Shown here piece by piece: positions 36,501-47,070 of a stretch of DNA of 64,000 nucleotides. The notes under the pieces were generated by a model. It searched no databases. It was not told the DNA's origin and saw only the letters and a program-made list of their open reading frames with translations. The first letter of the stretch is position 1, and the number at the start of each line of letters is the position of its first letter. The position numbers and the translations under genes are program-made. This stretch comes from Babesia bigemina (Eukaryota), in assembly GCF_000981445.1 (NCBI RefSeq), contig NC_027217.1, positions 1,116,001 through 1,180,000 of the forward strand, written 5' to 3'.

Positions 36501-39499
36501 AAAAGCAAGATTTCATTAGTAACCCGTTCCACATTTGCAGAGCCTTTAAAGGTGAATTTTAAATCCAAAATTGCCTTTGGGTCTTCTGATTCCAACGCAC
36601 CTCGCCATCTTGAATCCAAGTCACCATCAAGCACAGGTATGCGACGAATCACGCGCGCTAGCTTTTGGGAGAATGACAGTTTTAGCACACAAAGTTGTCT
36701 GTGTATAAAGTTATGGAAATCTGTTAAATCGAACAATATGCCATTACTCAAGGGAACATCATTCTTATACAAAGAGTCAATAAGAAGCAAAATCCTATAA
36801 CGTACGTCCATTGGGTGTATCCTGATATGTGGGCTCGTATTAACAAACGAGTCCCTGGGAGTTAGGACCAGATCCAAAACTGCGAAGTGTTGTCGACTAA
36901 TGTTTATGCGGTTCCTGAAAACCTCAATGAAATTACGTATTCGGGTTACCAGGTGCTCTATTATTCCCAAGTTCTTTAGCAGGAAATCTTTGATGGTGCC
37001 ATTATAATCGTTTGAGAGGCAAGGATGCGTTAGAAAACTGGATAGATGCTTGTGCAACAACAGCAATGATTCGAGAGCGAAAATATTCCACTGACACACA
37101 TCCATAGATCCATCAATTTTGTATGGAAGCTGCATTACTCGGCGAATGTTTAAATTATATGTTTTCCCTACGGAATCCGAAGCCCCCATTTGTGTAACTG
37201 TTGAGGCACAAAGCGCCTCAGGTGCCGAAGATTGTACTAATTTCCCACCAGACGGTTTCCGCATCATATGGGATGGCAATTCAAACGGATACGGAAAATT
37301 ACGTGGGTCGTCATCCAACATCGCACTTATCTCATCAACAAATAAATTGAGAGGTTTTTGTTTCCCCGCGCTAAAATCGCGGTACAATCCGAGAAAATAT
37401 GCGTCTGATCTCCGAAGAGTTGCCAATAGTATTTCCTTAGCCGTTTTAAATGTTTCGAAATCGAAATTAATACATCCTTTAGAGGGTTCTTCGGGATTAT
37501 TCGTAACATGTTCATTATCGTACTTCATATTTGGCAACGAAGAGTCAGTGTCTTTATACTTTCTATTACCTCGTTTTTTTTCCGGTTCAACATGTTCATG
37601 GTTGCCATGTTCCTTATTTTCTGAGACCCCATGATTTTTCTTGTCATGTCTTATGTGCTTATAAAGAGGAATTGATATATTACGCACATAACAAGGTAGT
37701 GCGCTGCTGCTACGGCGAATCCCAGGCGTACCACCTTTATTGTCCCTGCCACAACGAAGCACGCACTCATACATGTTTTCAACCCGGGCTGTATCTACTT
37801 TTTCAGTCGAGTGTTCTTGGGGTGCTTCGTAATTTTCGTGATTCCTTCCAATCACATTCGAGTCTCTACTTACCCGTCCTGATCCCTGGCAAATTTCACC
37901 GGCCGACCTGACAGGTTGCACAACCTGAGGAGATAACAGATGCGGCTCTTTTTCCGGTTGCATTGTACCATCTGGATGAATATCCCGCGTTGCAGTCGAC
38001 GTGTCACCAACATTTGTAGAACCCTCCAAATTGCCATGAGAACTCAGTACAGACGTACCATTTTTGCTACAGTCGATGTACCCATCCGTAAGAGTTGTTG
38101 GATGCTCCATGGCATCTGAAGTGCCTGACGTAGCTATCCCCAGTATTTTTGGAGTTGTGTGTGACTCTAACGCATTAGATGATTGCAAGACTCCCGATCC
38201 TGACGAGTCATCCACACCCGAAATAGAAGGCTCAATGTCTCTAACAACCATTGCAACTTGTCTTCTTTTGTCACCTTTGCTTGGCGACGTAATCGGTGCG
38301 TCAACAACTGTTTCGGAATCATCATTAAAATCCTCAACCTCTGTTGATTGGTGTAATACGGGGTAAACGCTAGACTGTTTACCAACCTTCAACGTATCAA
38401 GTTGCCCAAACTCCTTTGGAAGCCATATCTCATCAAAGATTCGCGAATGTCCTGATGTATGAGATACACGTGCTCCTAATATAAGTGATTCAAATTGGCC
38501 ATAATCAGCTTCAGGTGAAAACTCCACTGTTGCCTGATATAGCTCACTTAAGTTATTATATGAACTGCGATCATAGTTCACAAGCGCTTCAACCAAAATC
38601 TGCAGACATGAGGAAAACACGGATAACCTGCGCTTCTCTAGAGAACAGAAACGTTCATGAAAGTCTGCAGGGTTAGTTTGAATTTCTCCCACTGTATGTG
38701 GCGTCTTCCTGAGCTTCAGTGTTGCCAATTTCTCGATGACGTCTTTAGAAACACCCTTAGAAATTAGTATCTTCATTGCAGGTGCCTGTTCAAACAGCTG
38801 TTGAATATGCTTTCCTAACGATATCTTAGCCTTCACCGTTTTATTCACTGCCTTAGCTTGAGACTTGCCATCATTTATACCAATAGCATCACCAACTACC
38901 TCTTTCTCGTTTTCCAATGATTGTTGTAAATCGCGGTACGCTTTGAGCACATTTTCCACGTATTTGCGTGCGCCGCAGTGATGAAACGCTGGAGCCATCC
39001 TCAGCGTCTTCAGATTTGGTATGAAATTGAGAACATCGCTCATTTCAAGCTGATCAACCGGCTCATGGAAACCTTCACTGAACTCATCGCACAATAGCGT
39101 CAACGGATCACAAACACTTTGGGTAAGCAGCGAAGCAAATTGAGATGCATCTTTGCGAGTGAGGGACAACAGTCTAAATATTGCAGTCCAAACGGCATAC
39201 AAACCTTTTTGCTCTTTCGTAATTAAGTGTACAGTCTCATCAGAATAGGATATGTCACTTCGAATTTGACGCAGTGCCTCAGATGAACTGGGATTTGATA
39301 CACCGGTAAGAAATGAAAAATTGCTGGCCTTTAATTCTAACTGGTGAATACCATCCGCAAACTCATTATAAAGCCGAGATAGGCCGCTTACTAGCTCTGA
39401 TAAACTTCCAAGCGATTCCCGAGACGTTTTACGCTTAAGTTTGATGAGTGGATGCAAAAGCTCCTGCTGAGCAACGCTCAGTTCATCTAAACCCATCCT
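33560..39499 (-). CDS. Large (~1,980 aa) helical protein; possible N-terminal F-BAR-like and C-terminal MUN/MHD-like domains
   Basis: One uninterrupted ORF, first in-frame ATG at 39499; a short upstream exon is possible. The domain guesses are by-eye only (see findings). Confidence 0.85.
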   Translation of the reverse strand, partial: RMGLDELSVAQQELLHPLIKLKRKTSRESLGSLSELVSGLSRLYNEFADGIHQLELKASNFSFLTGVSNPSSSEALRQIRSDISYSDETVHLITKEQKGLYAVWTAIFRLLSLTRKDASQFASLLTQSVCDPLTLLCDEFSEGFHEPVDQLEMSDVLNFIPNLKTLRMAPAFHHCGARKYVENVLKAYRDLQQSLENEKEVVGDAIGINDGKSQAKAVNKTVKAKISLGKHIQQLFEQAPAMKILISKGVSKDVIEKLATLKLRKTPHTVGEIQTNPADFHERFCSLEKRRLSVFSSCLQILVEALVNYDRSSYNNLSELYQATVEFSPEADYGQFESLILGARVSHTSGHSRIFDEIWLPKEFGQLDTLKVGKQSSVYPVLHQSTEVEDFNDDSETVVDAPITSPSKGDKRRQVAMVVRDIEPSISGVDDSSGSGVLQSSNALESHTTPKILGIATSGTSDAMEHPTTLTDGYIDCSKNGTSVLSSHGNLEGSTNVGDTSTATRDIHPDGTMQPEKEPHLLSPQVVQPVRSAGEICQGSGRVSRDSNVIGRNHENYEAPQEHSTEKVDTARVENMYECVLRCGRDNKGGTPGIRRSSSALPCYVRNISIPLYKHIRHDKKNHGVSENKEHGNHEHVEPEKKRGNRKYKDTDSSLPNMKYDNEHVTNNPEEPSKGCINFDFETFKTAKEILLATLRRSDAYFLGLYRDFSAGKQKPLNLFVDEISAMLDDDPRNFPYPFELPSHMMRKPSGGKLVQSSAPEALCASTVTQMGASDSVGKTYNLNIRRVMQLPYKIDGSMDVCQWNIFALESLLLLHKHLSSFLTHPCLSNDYNGTIKDFLLKNLGIIEHLVTRIRNFIEVFRNRINISRQHFAVLDLVLTPRDSFVNTSPHIRIHPMDVRYRILLLIDSLYKNDVPLSNGILFDLTDFHNFIHRQLCVLKLSFSQKLARVIRRIPVLDGDLDSRWRGALESEDPKAILDLKFTFKGSANVERVTNEILLLLCECIGTLNSLRRVLLQGKWGRKTVRDSDCTSTYAKLIQLIKRTVQLEDLDNTLMGLLRMSENSQFASTLNKSCSTCALKSVNAPQKQAICKRCLESTLAERRNSLRFSCGRRDTPKELKIPISEADEYFCTPMSVFNDEDISVLKRVSGRRGCFNMCISRRNSRHVDMNDAVINPYFLCPMETVKLSRTWKLDDWIVLRIASCYHHCFADNLAFSDWSTNFTTIEYVVYFISTGSLLNFLLFKEPHNEGYTDICTLFNALLSVGSMHTRRNEAPYYPSANTCFARGTSGAVRVDNGGSIERDLYQDIFTLLQVPHNVAVLPKVLGDIDLYLTIDMREAASCFKKMHNVNGVPTYSSLQHSDLLSRENLNDRLSATKVQIAGMQLNRAGYKVYRLVLDSICYNIPMMTALRRSDSMSLINSSPCEQLVTNVLVLRVLTKNFRRTVLEQLMHFNPEEGVNALSYKLSTFVLINRLLFRNELEMNVKGEEGPLDSQSLLEVNESGLSMDFILRRVVVEQAKNAVITSLTGLDAFKIDDIDTLGATCIDNIVTSIKEHLMFAAVWDEFLPNGDFATLFTNACIHFIKVEINKRTNRPLDVCKVMPSAQKLRLLQREVETSRLVKTNGNTQQNDLLKVLQFSFQDTGAVGRDLLAEHCDIMEIIGMSELNKRLSTFKDIVTRGMKNEDWTRLGSQYHTCAVVDMATVLNATLNATLSLRVPLENLLVPLTSSLENVLNHYFITVAGAKVAETIDQAFSSLRSESGLAVEVLKKLGNVGDIDKTLLQMSNMLYLGNYLTNCQDNILQYYHGMLTERCDGSDEVHRKLSTDVYRDSSKFFSFDFDSFLAMKELALVPASKRLIQRQCEHHLQTLARLCSLKMLHPISTQLYQPTVVQGNRFPQFLDLIEGLCFNFCKLGSTCGPALLAVFEVSFHCLMSAFQRTRCLRQELPLLRNDLRSLELTAQKHHQDVSDLVIAASELIKQ

Positions 39500-39929
39500 T
39501 AGTACACATCTATATAAAAAATACGGCACTTGAAATTGAATCCAATAAAAAATGGTGCTACATAACTTTTAACTAACACAACGGCAGAAACAGAGATGGA
39601 CTTCGACATCCTCCAAAAAGCGACAAAGCCGAGTCATCACATATCGACTGCCTTATTGGTTAGATTTATGATATCAAAATTGTTATTTCTTAATTCCGTC
39701 GTTTTTATCAAAATGGATTTCGTGTAATTCTCCGTATCGCAGGCCAGGACACCAACATGGCTGCGCCACTTAACACATAGCTTCCATATGGCATCCACGC
39801 ACCATCCTGGCAAAAGCTGATGCTATGTACCCGTTATTAAACAATAGAGTGTATGCACGTAGGGCCTAGGTCGGCGATGGGTTTTATGTGCTTTAAGTTT
39901 TATATCGTTAACGGTGTGTGATTATCAAG

Positions 39930-41511
39930 TTAACGGTGCAGACAAAACAGTTGAGATCGCAAAGCAGTGTCCTCACCGATCCTAAAAAGGCCGAACTTTA
40001 AGCTATGTAGCGTATTATCATCCATCGTTATATGGGTTAAGGGCGACCACAGGTTTCGTGAATGTATCGTACAAGGCCGAACAACTGCGTTTGCCTTGTC
40101 GTTTTCAGTTGACTCCATCATTAGTTGCTCACTCATAACTATATCTTGCGTCCTTACTTCTTGGAACTCCGAACAATCATCAGCGAGAAACATGTCGTCT
40201 TCGTCTTCCGAGGTCCAGATTCCTAGCCACACTGGGAGTAGACGGCGGATGCCACGAGCGTTTTGCCAACACTTTCGTGTATGCATTGCAGTGGTAAACG
40301 TATCAGTGGGTGAATTTGGAGAGTTGATTTTGTAAACACAGCCTATGTAACCACTCCCATCAATGGATGCTCTGCGACAGGGTAGACAACACAACATTAC
40401 GCCGGAGTTATCAGAACGCCCTCCACCCACGTGAGGAAAACCACAACCGACGTCAAACGAATCTTTTTTTCGTCTCCAAAACGCTCGAACAGAATCAATG
40501 GAGCGCTTTCTCGTGAGTTGGCTCGATGATTGCATCTCATTAAAGGGCCGCTTGGCGACGCGCTCACCTAGCGGTATCCAATCCACGGGGAGACCAAAGG
40601 TGAGAATATTGCGCAATAAATCAGCATTGTACCGGCTGAGTGAAGCATGAGCCTCAGATAAGAGGTCGTGGGGGCACAAAGTTGCAACGTTAAATGGCAA
40701 GGTGAAGCTGCCCCCCTCACGTTTTGTGTATACCATCAGGAGACCATGGTCCCTACACAATCGCATCAACAATTGCAAACACTTCGCCACCAATTCATCC
40801 TCAAAAGTACCTGATTTAGTCAAAATTGAGTCGATTACTAAGACCCTGGAATCGCTGGATTGAAAGTATGCATCTAACGCAACGAATAAGTGGTGAGTGT
40901 CGTGCATGTCGTAAACAGGAAAGTAAACAAGTCTGTCAAAACTTGAGCTTACTTCCGCTTCTAGTGCTGCTCCGGTGAGTCCATATTCAGCAATCTGACA
41001 CTTGTTATTGATTATTATGCGATTACATACCTGATTCCCTACTATTTGTTTGAGTACCATTAAATCCAATGATAAATCGAAATCCAGATATACCGCTTGC
41101 TCGCACATACCATAACTGCTCAGTATGTCCGCCAAAATATGCAGAACAAGTAAGGTTTTGCCACTAGAACATGGGCCAGCGATGCACAGGACACTACCTG
41201 CTTTGAAGGTATCTACAACAATATGAAACGCTTTATGTTGGCTCAAAACAGCGATTCTGGTCAAAAATAACGATCGGCCTATATGGTAAACGTGCAGTAG
41301 TGCCAAACAACATCAGCAGTAAACGCTAATGTACGTAGATAAGCAGCTACGTCAACACACCGCTACAAATTGCTTACACATGCGTACACGAACCTGTGAA
41401 TCTATCATTTGCGAGCACTGGACAAGTAGAGAATACAAAATGTCTAGACTGTCGGCGGAACAACGCACGTCCTGACGCGGAGAACGTGCAGCTTCCCTGG
41501 ATATTTCTCAT
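39930..41511 (-). CDS. RAD51 paralog, XRCC2-like (RecA fold)
   Basis: Exon 41511-41394 joins 41212-39930 in frame. Walker A GSVLCIAGPCSSGKT, AVYLDFDLSLD, Walker B RVLVIDSI. No N-terminal HhH domain. Confidence 0.72.
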
Positions 41512-41705
41512 GCAATTTACACCTGCTTGTTACCGGTAAAGTCATTAATGGTCGTTCATTTCATCAGATATTCGACTACTAATAGTGTGTCATCCTAGAC
41601 ATGGGCGCTCCATCGGTTTACTCATGGTGACATCTGCAGCTGCCTCACAACTCGAAGATGAGTATACTCTCATTAAGGGTTCATTGTTCTATCGCTGTTC
41701 CTAGC

Positions 41706-41781
41706 ATTCTGTGGCAGAATCGTAATCGACTGAGTTCCATCTCCCTCATCACTCGAGGCATCGCTTCGAACTTCGGCGGTT
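41706..41781. repeat. 76-bp direct repeat, copy 1
   Basis: ATTCTGTGGCAGAATCG..CTTCGGCGGTT matches 51678-51753 at 75/76 positions (T41735 vs C51707). Confidence 0.95.
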
Positions 41782-42946
41782 GATCGTATGCTCCGTCAGT
41801 AATTCCATTTCACGGCTTTCCCAGTCGGGCTTCCAACGCGCCTTTAGAAGCCTCGCAAGAGGTCTGACGACACCTGATCCGCTGCGAATGTGACTTGCAG
41901 TGGCGGGGCCTCCACTATAAACACCATAGTCTGATACACCCTGCGCATATCCTTCCTGGAGAAGGAGGATGTTTGTGTGGTCGCTCTATTTGCTTAACCC
42001 TCCGCGCAGAGTCTCGTGCCGGCCTCCAGCTCCAAATTCTATAATTAGCTGGTGTATTGGATGGTTGAGTTCAGAATGTAACGGTTAACGCTTTCATTAG
42101 TTCCAGCTGTTATGCCTCTTATGACCATTAGCACACATACCACCGTATTCTGCAAAATGCTGTTACGACTGATGGCGTGGTTGACGAAGGATGACCGTCC
42201 GTACAGGGGCAACGTGTGGGCCACCTCCAACAGATGGCCGTCAGCGACGTTATAGTACACATTCGCGCCATACATACGCATTTCAAACTGCATTTGTCCA
42301 TAATCCGTGAGTGCATCACCGACGGGATTGTGCAGATTACACACCCACGTTCATATTGAGCGGGCAGTGTACGGTCGTAGACATTAGGAGATAACCAGGC
42401 CATGTTGGGGCATGAATACATAGTTTAACAGATTAGAGCTTATGTATGTCTTGTAAGTCTCGCTACAGAGATCTTTTGGGAGTGAAAGGAGTCACTTGCT
42501 GTAGGAGATGTAGACTCCGTCGCTGCCATCCGCCTCCCAATGCTTCACCCTTTTGACCAGTGTTGCACACTCGTTGTATGAAGGAAAATCACACTACACT
42601 CACGTTACTTCTCTATCAGGCAACAATTGCCTCTTTTGACGTCTGTAGTTTACTCTGCACTTTGCTGCGAGTATTCCCTCCGCACCAACTCCTACACGTC
42701 GCTGCACTTTTCGCTGGACCATCAAAGGCGTACGACCCGTTATTCAATACATGCTCGACGTCATTGTTCTGCATGTTGCAACCGGCGTCGTTTACATCGC
42801 TAGGGGCCCTCTTTGTTACTTGACCCCTAAGATCCAATGCATATCAATCACCTAAGCCCGAAAATGACCCAGGATCAAAAATATACGCAGGTGACACAGA
42901 AGAATAATGGAACGCAGTTAATGGCCCATTTGAACGGTGCCAATCG

Positions 42947-42960
42947 AAAAAACAGCAAAA
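42947..42960 (-). terminator. Pol III oligo-T terminator of the tRNA gene
   Basis: T4 then T6 runs on the minus strand, 10-23 nt downstream of the tRNA 3' end. Confidence 0.65.
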
Positions 42961-42969
42961 GTAGAGAAT

Positions 42970-43041
42970 AGGTCCCGCCAGGATTCGAACCTGGGTCTGT
43001 GGAGTCAAAGTCCACGGTGATAACCCCTACACCACGAGACC
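42970..43041 (-). tRNA. tRNA-Gln (anticodon UUG)
   Basis: GGTCTCG TGGTGTAGGGGTTATCAC C GTGGA CT TTG AC TCCAC AGAC CCAGG TTCGAAT CCTGG CGGGACC T: complete 72-nt cloverleaf, no intron. Confidence 0.97.
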
Positions 43042-43128
43042 GCCGTAAACGGGCCTGATTTTTACGCCCAGTATACAATTACGTTTCCCTTCAGATAAGA
43101 GAATAACGGTTATGTTTTTGTTACCTTC

Positions 43129-46100
43129 TTAATTCATGTGATTAGGCCAAACAACGTATACCTGATCATCATTGTGTAAGATGAAGGCTGGTTGAGGCGC
43201 AACGATAATTAGTTGTTTCTGCTCGCCATTCACAATTGGAGTGGTGTAGGTTCGTAATATACCTATACAAACTTTTTGTTCAAGGAACAGCTTGCGTTTG
43301 AACAAATTCTCGAATGTTGCTCCGCTAAGATCAAGGGGCAATTCATCCAGGCATATATTGTTGCTAACATTTGAGTCGGTATCACCATCAAGAATTTGTT
43401 GTATTGTATCGTACCCAACGGAGTTAAACGAAGGAATGTAAGAATGCGCAAGAAGACCGTACAACATGTCTTGAACAAAAATAGTGCCTGATGCCATTTC
43501 ATAGCTTGTCATGAATTCACCAAAGTTTTGCCAAAGACGGTTCATAGCATCCCTACCACAAGAAGCCTCCATAGAAGACACCAAAGAAGGATCCAGGTAC
43601 TCTAGGCATGAAGAATGCTGTATGTCCAGAATAACATGCGGAGGTTTGAGAACTTCCGAAGGCGAAGCAAAAATTTTCTTTATTAAATGGCCTACGAAAA
43701 GAACTTGCGAATCTTTGGACAGCTGTTTATTTCTTCGGCTAGAGCATACTTGTTCACTATTTAGGACAACAATGCAAGTGGCCTTTGCAACACCCGCAAT
43801 AAGAAGAGAATTCGCATCCATTGCTGAACCGTCTATATAAGTGACAAATTTTCGAAAACGAGTCAGCGACATAGGGCAATCATTCGTAGCGATATCTAGT
43901 GGCGCCAGACATATGACATTTGACGTGTTGTCTGAAAGCAAATATTTGAGGAAATTATGCATGTCGTGCAGCCAGCCGCAAACTAAAATTAGATTGCCTC
44001 GTGGCTCAGCAAAGCATTGCATCGCCTGTTCCCAATCATCAACCTTAAATATCCCATTAAACATAGACCGATCCATACGTTTGTGTTCATCCGCCAGTGT
44101 TTCAGTTAATTCTAGTATGGCATTGATATTCCCTAATTGTGGGGCGGAAACCGTTTCACTAACTTTTATGGGCAAGAGGTCCAGAATAGGGTTCTTTATC
44201 ATAGATACATGTAGCACATCCCTGAGAGACTTTGCCAAGACGAGACCATGCCACACCACCTCGTCCTGTTGGCCGATTACATAATCTACAGGGTTCAGAA
44301 CACAACGATCCTTTGATACTATACCCAAAAGAAATATATTCTTGACCTTATACAGATATTGACACAATTCCAAAAACTTCAAACCTGATTGTTTGTTAAA
44401 GTTGTCACACCATTATCTTTTCGCTTACCATGCGTGCACAAAGGAAACGCTAGCTTATATAGCTGGAACTTCATCCCCGTTATAATTTCAAAGAGTTGAT
44501 GAGTTACTTCTTGAAGTGAAAGTCTAGCATTCTGTTTTGGCGGTTCCTCTTCTTCCTCATCTGTAAAAAGTGATGTGCAAAACCTTGAAACTAAACTGGA
44601 AGTGGCAAACAGATTATACAGGTCTTCAACGTAAGCGCGTGTTCTCTTCATGTTTGTCGGTGTGTGGAACAAAGTGAGGATTAAATAAAATAAACCTCTA
44701 CAAGTCACTGACTTAGCTATTAGCTTGTATTTTAGTTCTCGGAGGTAACAAATCTGTAAACGTCAGCCCACAACGTCAATAATAACTTACCTGTGTGATA
44801 TCTGACGAGTTCAAGAACGACGCATAATCTGATCCATGCAGTTGCACGCCAACTGGGATACCAAGGTGTCTTGTTATGTTTAAACACGCGATGGAACGTA
44901 AGATCGTCATTTGATCGTCCACATTGTGATCTTCGTGTGTTTCCGTTTCCATGTTATTTACTACAACAGTAAGCATAGATAATCCAATAAATTTGTATAC
45001 AGATGATGGTGCGCAAATCTTTTCGCTACCACCAATTATACAGAGGTTTATTCCCGTATTACGCTTTACCGCACAATAAACAAGCCTGTAAGACTCCAGC
45101 GGTAGTGGCGTTGCAACGATGACGGTGTCCAGCACTCCGTCAAACGAGTTGGCAACACACCTACAATCTTGGATTGCACAGCCATACTTCTTACCTGCAG
45201 AATGTTAAAACTTGATAAGCTGACAATGGTCCCCAAAATAACACATATTTATACCCGCTCAAATCAAATCTAGAACCTGGGGAATAGTTATTCAAAACAT
45301 ATGAACATACCCATGTCGATGACATTCCTTGATATTGCCTCTTTGAGCCGTTTGAAATGCACGGCACCTAAGGATATACATGTGCAAATCAAAAGAATTG
45401 ACAACGCTCGGCCCGTCTTAGTTATTGGCACAAAGTCTCCATATCCCACTGCAACTGTACGTCTACCAATTGGCATCACAAACCCGTTCCCATTGTAGCA
45501 ACTCCGAAAAATATAAAGTCGAAGGGACAAACAAAGTTAACGCTTTCGCGTGGAGCTTCCAAGAGGTACATCATTCCAGAGAATCTGCATTCAGATATTC
45601 TTCTAGTAAAAAGACTCACGAAAACAACAGTGACACTGCAGCGGTAGCAATGCCGATGATTATGGTTTGAACATCAGAAAGATGATCGAAACTTATATTC
45701 AGTAATTCTTCAGCCTGTGTGAGCTTCAAAAATCGTAGTGGCCCGAACTATAAAATTGATTACTCGTGAAGCATAAAACCTACAAACAGCAGACCAAAGT
45801 GGTTTAAAGAATCATATTTAACCGAATCAATGTTGAGATACGTAGAAATCCAAGCCATCGTTTGCGTCAATGCCGACGTCATCGTCAGATCTATAAAACC
45901 GCGCAGCGAGAATATATACCTGTGGTAATCAAATGTATTTGCACGTGTAAGAAATGAAACCCACTTGCAGCGCACGTCGTTGTCATACAACTGGATGAGA
46001 TAGTTCAAACAAAAGATTAGTTGAAAGGCTCCTTCCAAAATCCAGTACGAATTTGGGACTAACTCCACCGACCAGTGCAACAAGTTATAGTTACCTTCGT

Positions 46101-47000
46101 CCCTGTGGCATTATTATTATATTACGAGAATAACTAGTACCTCTGCATATAACAAGCCGCCCACTCCCACACTATACACCACGCAACAGTGACAATGATT
46201 CCTGACACAATCCAGACGGCGTTGTGCAACAATGGTTTTATCCACCTGTGTTTTAACCAATAATTGAATCCTGCAAACCATCTTAGGCATTGGAATCCTA
46301 AAATGAAATTAGATCTGAGCCAATGACACAAACCACTGTGTTTTTGAAAATCGGGGTCGAAATAGCTGTAGAAAGCCAGTCGGTCGAAAAATCTCTCGCG
46401 AAATGAAATATCTTCTGGAGCCCTACTACATTGATTGCGTCTTCCGTGGTCACTATTGAAACTGAAATATCTTACATCGTTTGCAGATAGCGGAAATGGT
46501 TGTTGAGATAAGTTACTCAAGTGCTCGAAGCTGAAGGCAGAACGCCTGATGGGTATATCGCTCGATATGCCACCCAAGAAGGAATGGTGAGCATTTTTAT
46601 GACCTAATAGTTTATTTTGACTATGGCATTTGCTTTACCATCAATTTTTCCGTGGGCTTTATAATTCAAGTCATCTAAAAAGCGATTAGGTAAGCATCAT
46701 GTACAAAATACCATCATGGGAAACGCGATCCGCAGCGGCGCCATGCCTGAAAGTATTCGTAGCTTTGTACGAATATGAAGGTCTGGAAAAGACGATCTTC
46801 ACCTGTGTTATCCATCGTTTAACGTTTACCAAACAGTAAGCGCTGGCACAAGCAATCGCCAAAATCCCAACGGCAACCAACGACGATAACGGTGTCTTTA
46901 TGCACAGATTTATGGTTGAGAATATTAAATATAACACAATAAGCAGAGTAACGGTTAGGTCGGCTGCTTTGAGAAAGCCGTTAAACGCCGCCTTCGCCAT
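43129..47000 (-). CDS. Potassium channel, Slo/BK-like (TM helices, pore, RCK-like C-terminus)
   Basis: Multi-exon. The pore FDFIFFGVATMGT-VGYGDFVPITKTGR is rebuilt across intron 45483-45449. RCK-like segments LILVCGW, YIDGSAMDANSLLIAGVAKATCIVVL, ASGTIF and F.NLFKRKL...KVCIGILR. Confidence 0.9.
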
Positions 47001-47070
47001 CTACACTTGCCCATAAAACGCAGAAAGTTGAATAAAATACGCTACGTAGTGATTGAACACATTATAAGCG

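Noticed and set aside
34368..38676. Long plus-strand ORFs such as 35931-36800 (289 aa)
   Set aside because: They are Ser-rich antisense read-outs of the large minus-strand CDS.
41706..41790. 76-bp repeat as U4 or U2 snRNA, or as a tRNA
   Set aside because: GTGGCAGAATCGTA resembles part of U4 and ATCGCTTC resembles the U2 5' end, but the U6-pairing regions, branch-point pairing sequence and Sm site are missing. It has tRNA length but no acceptor stem or cloverleaf.
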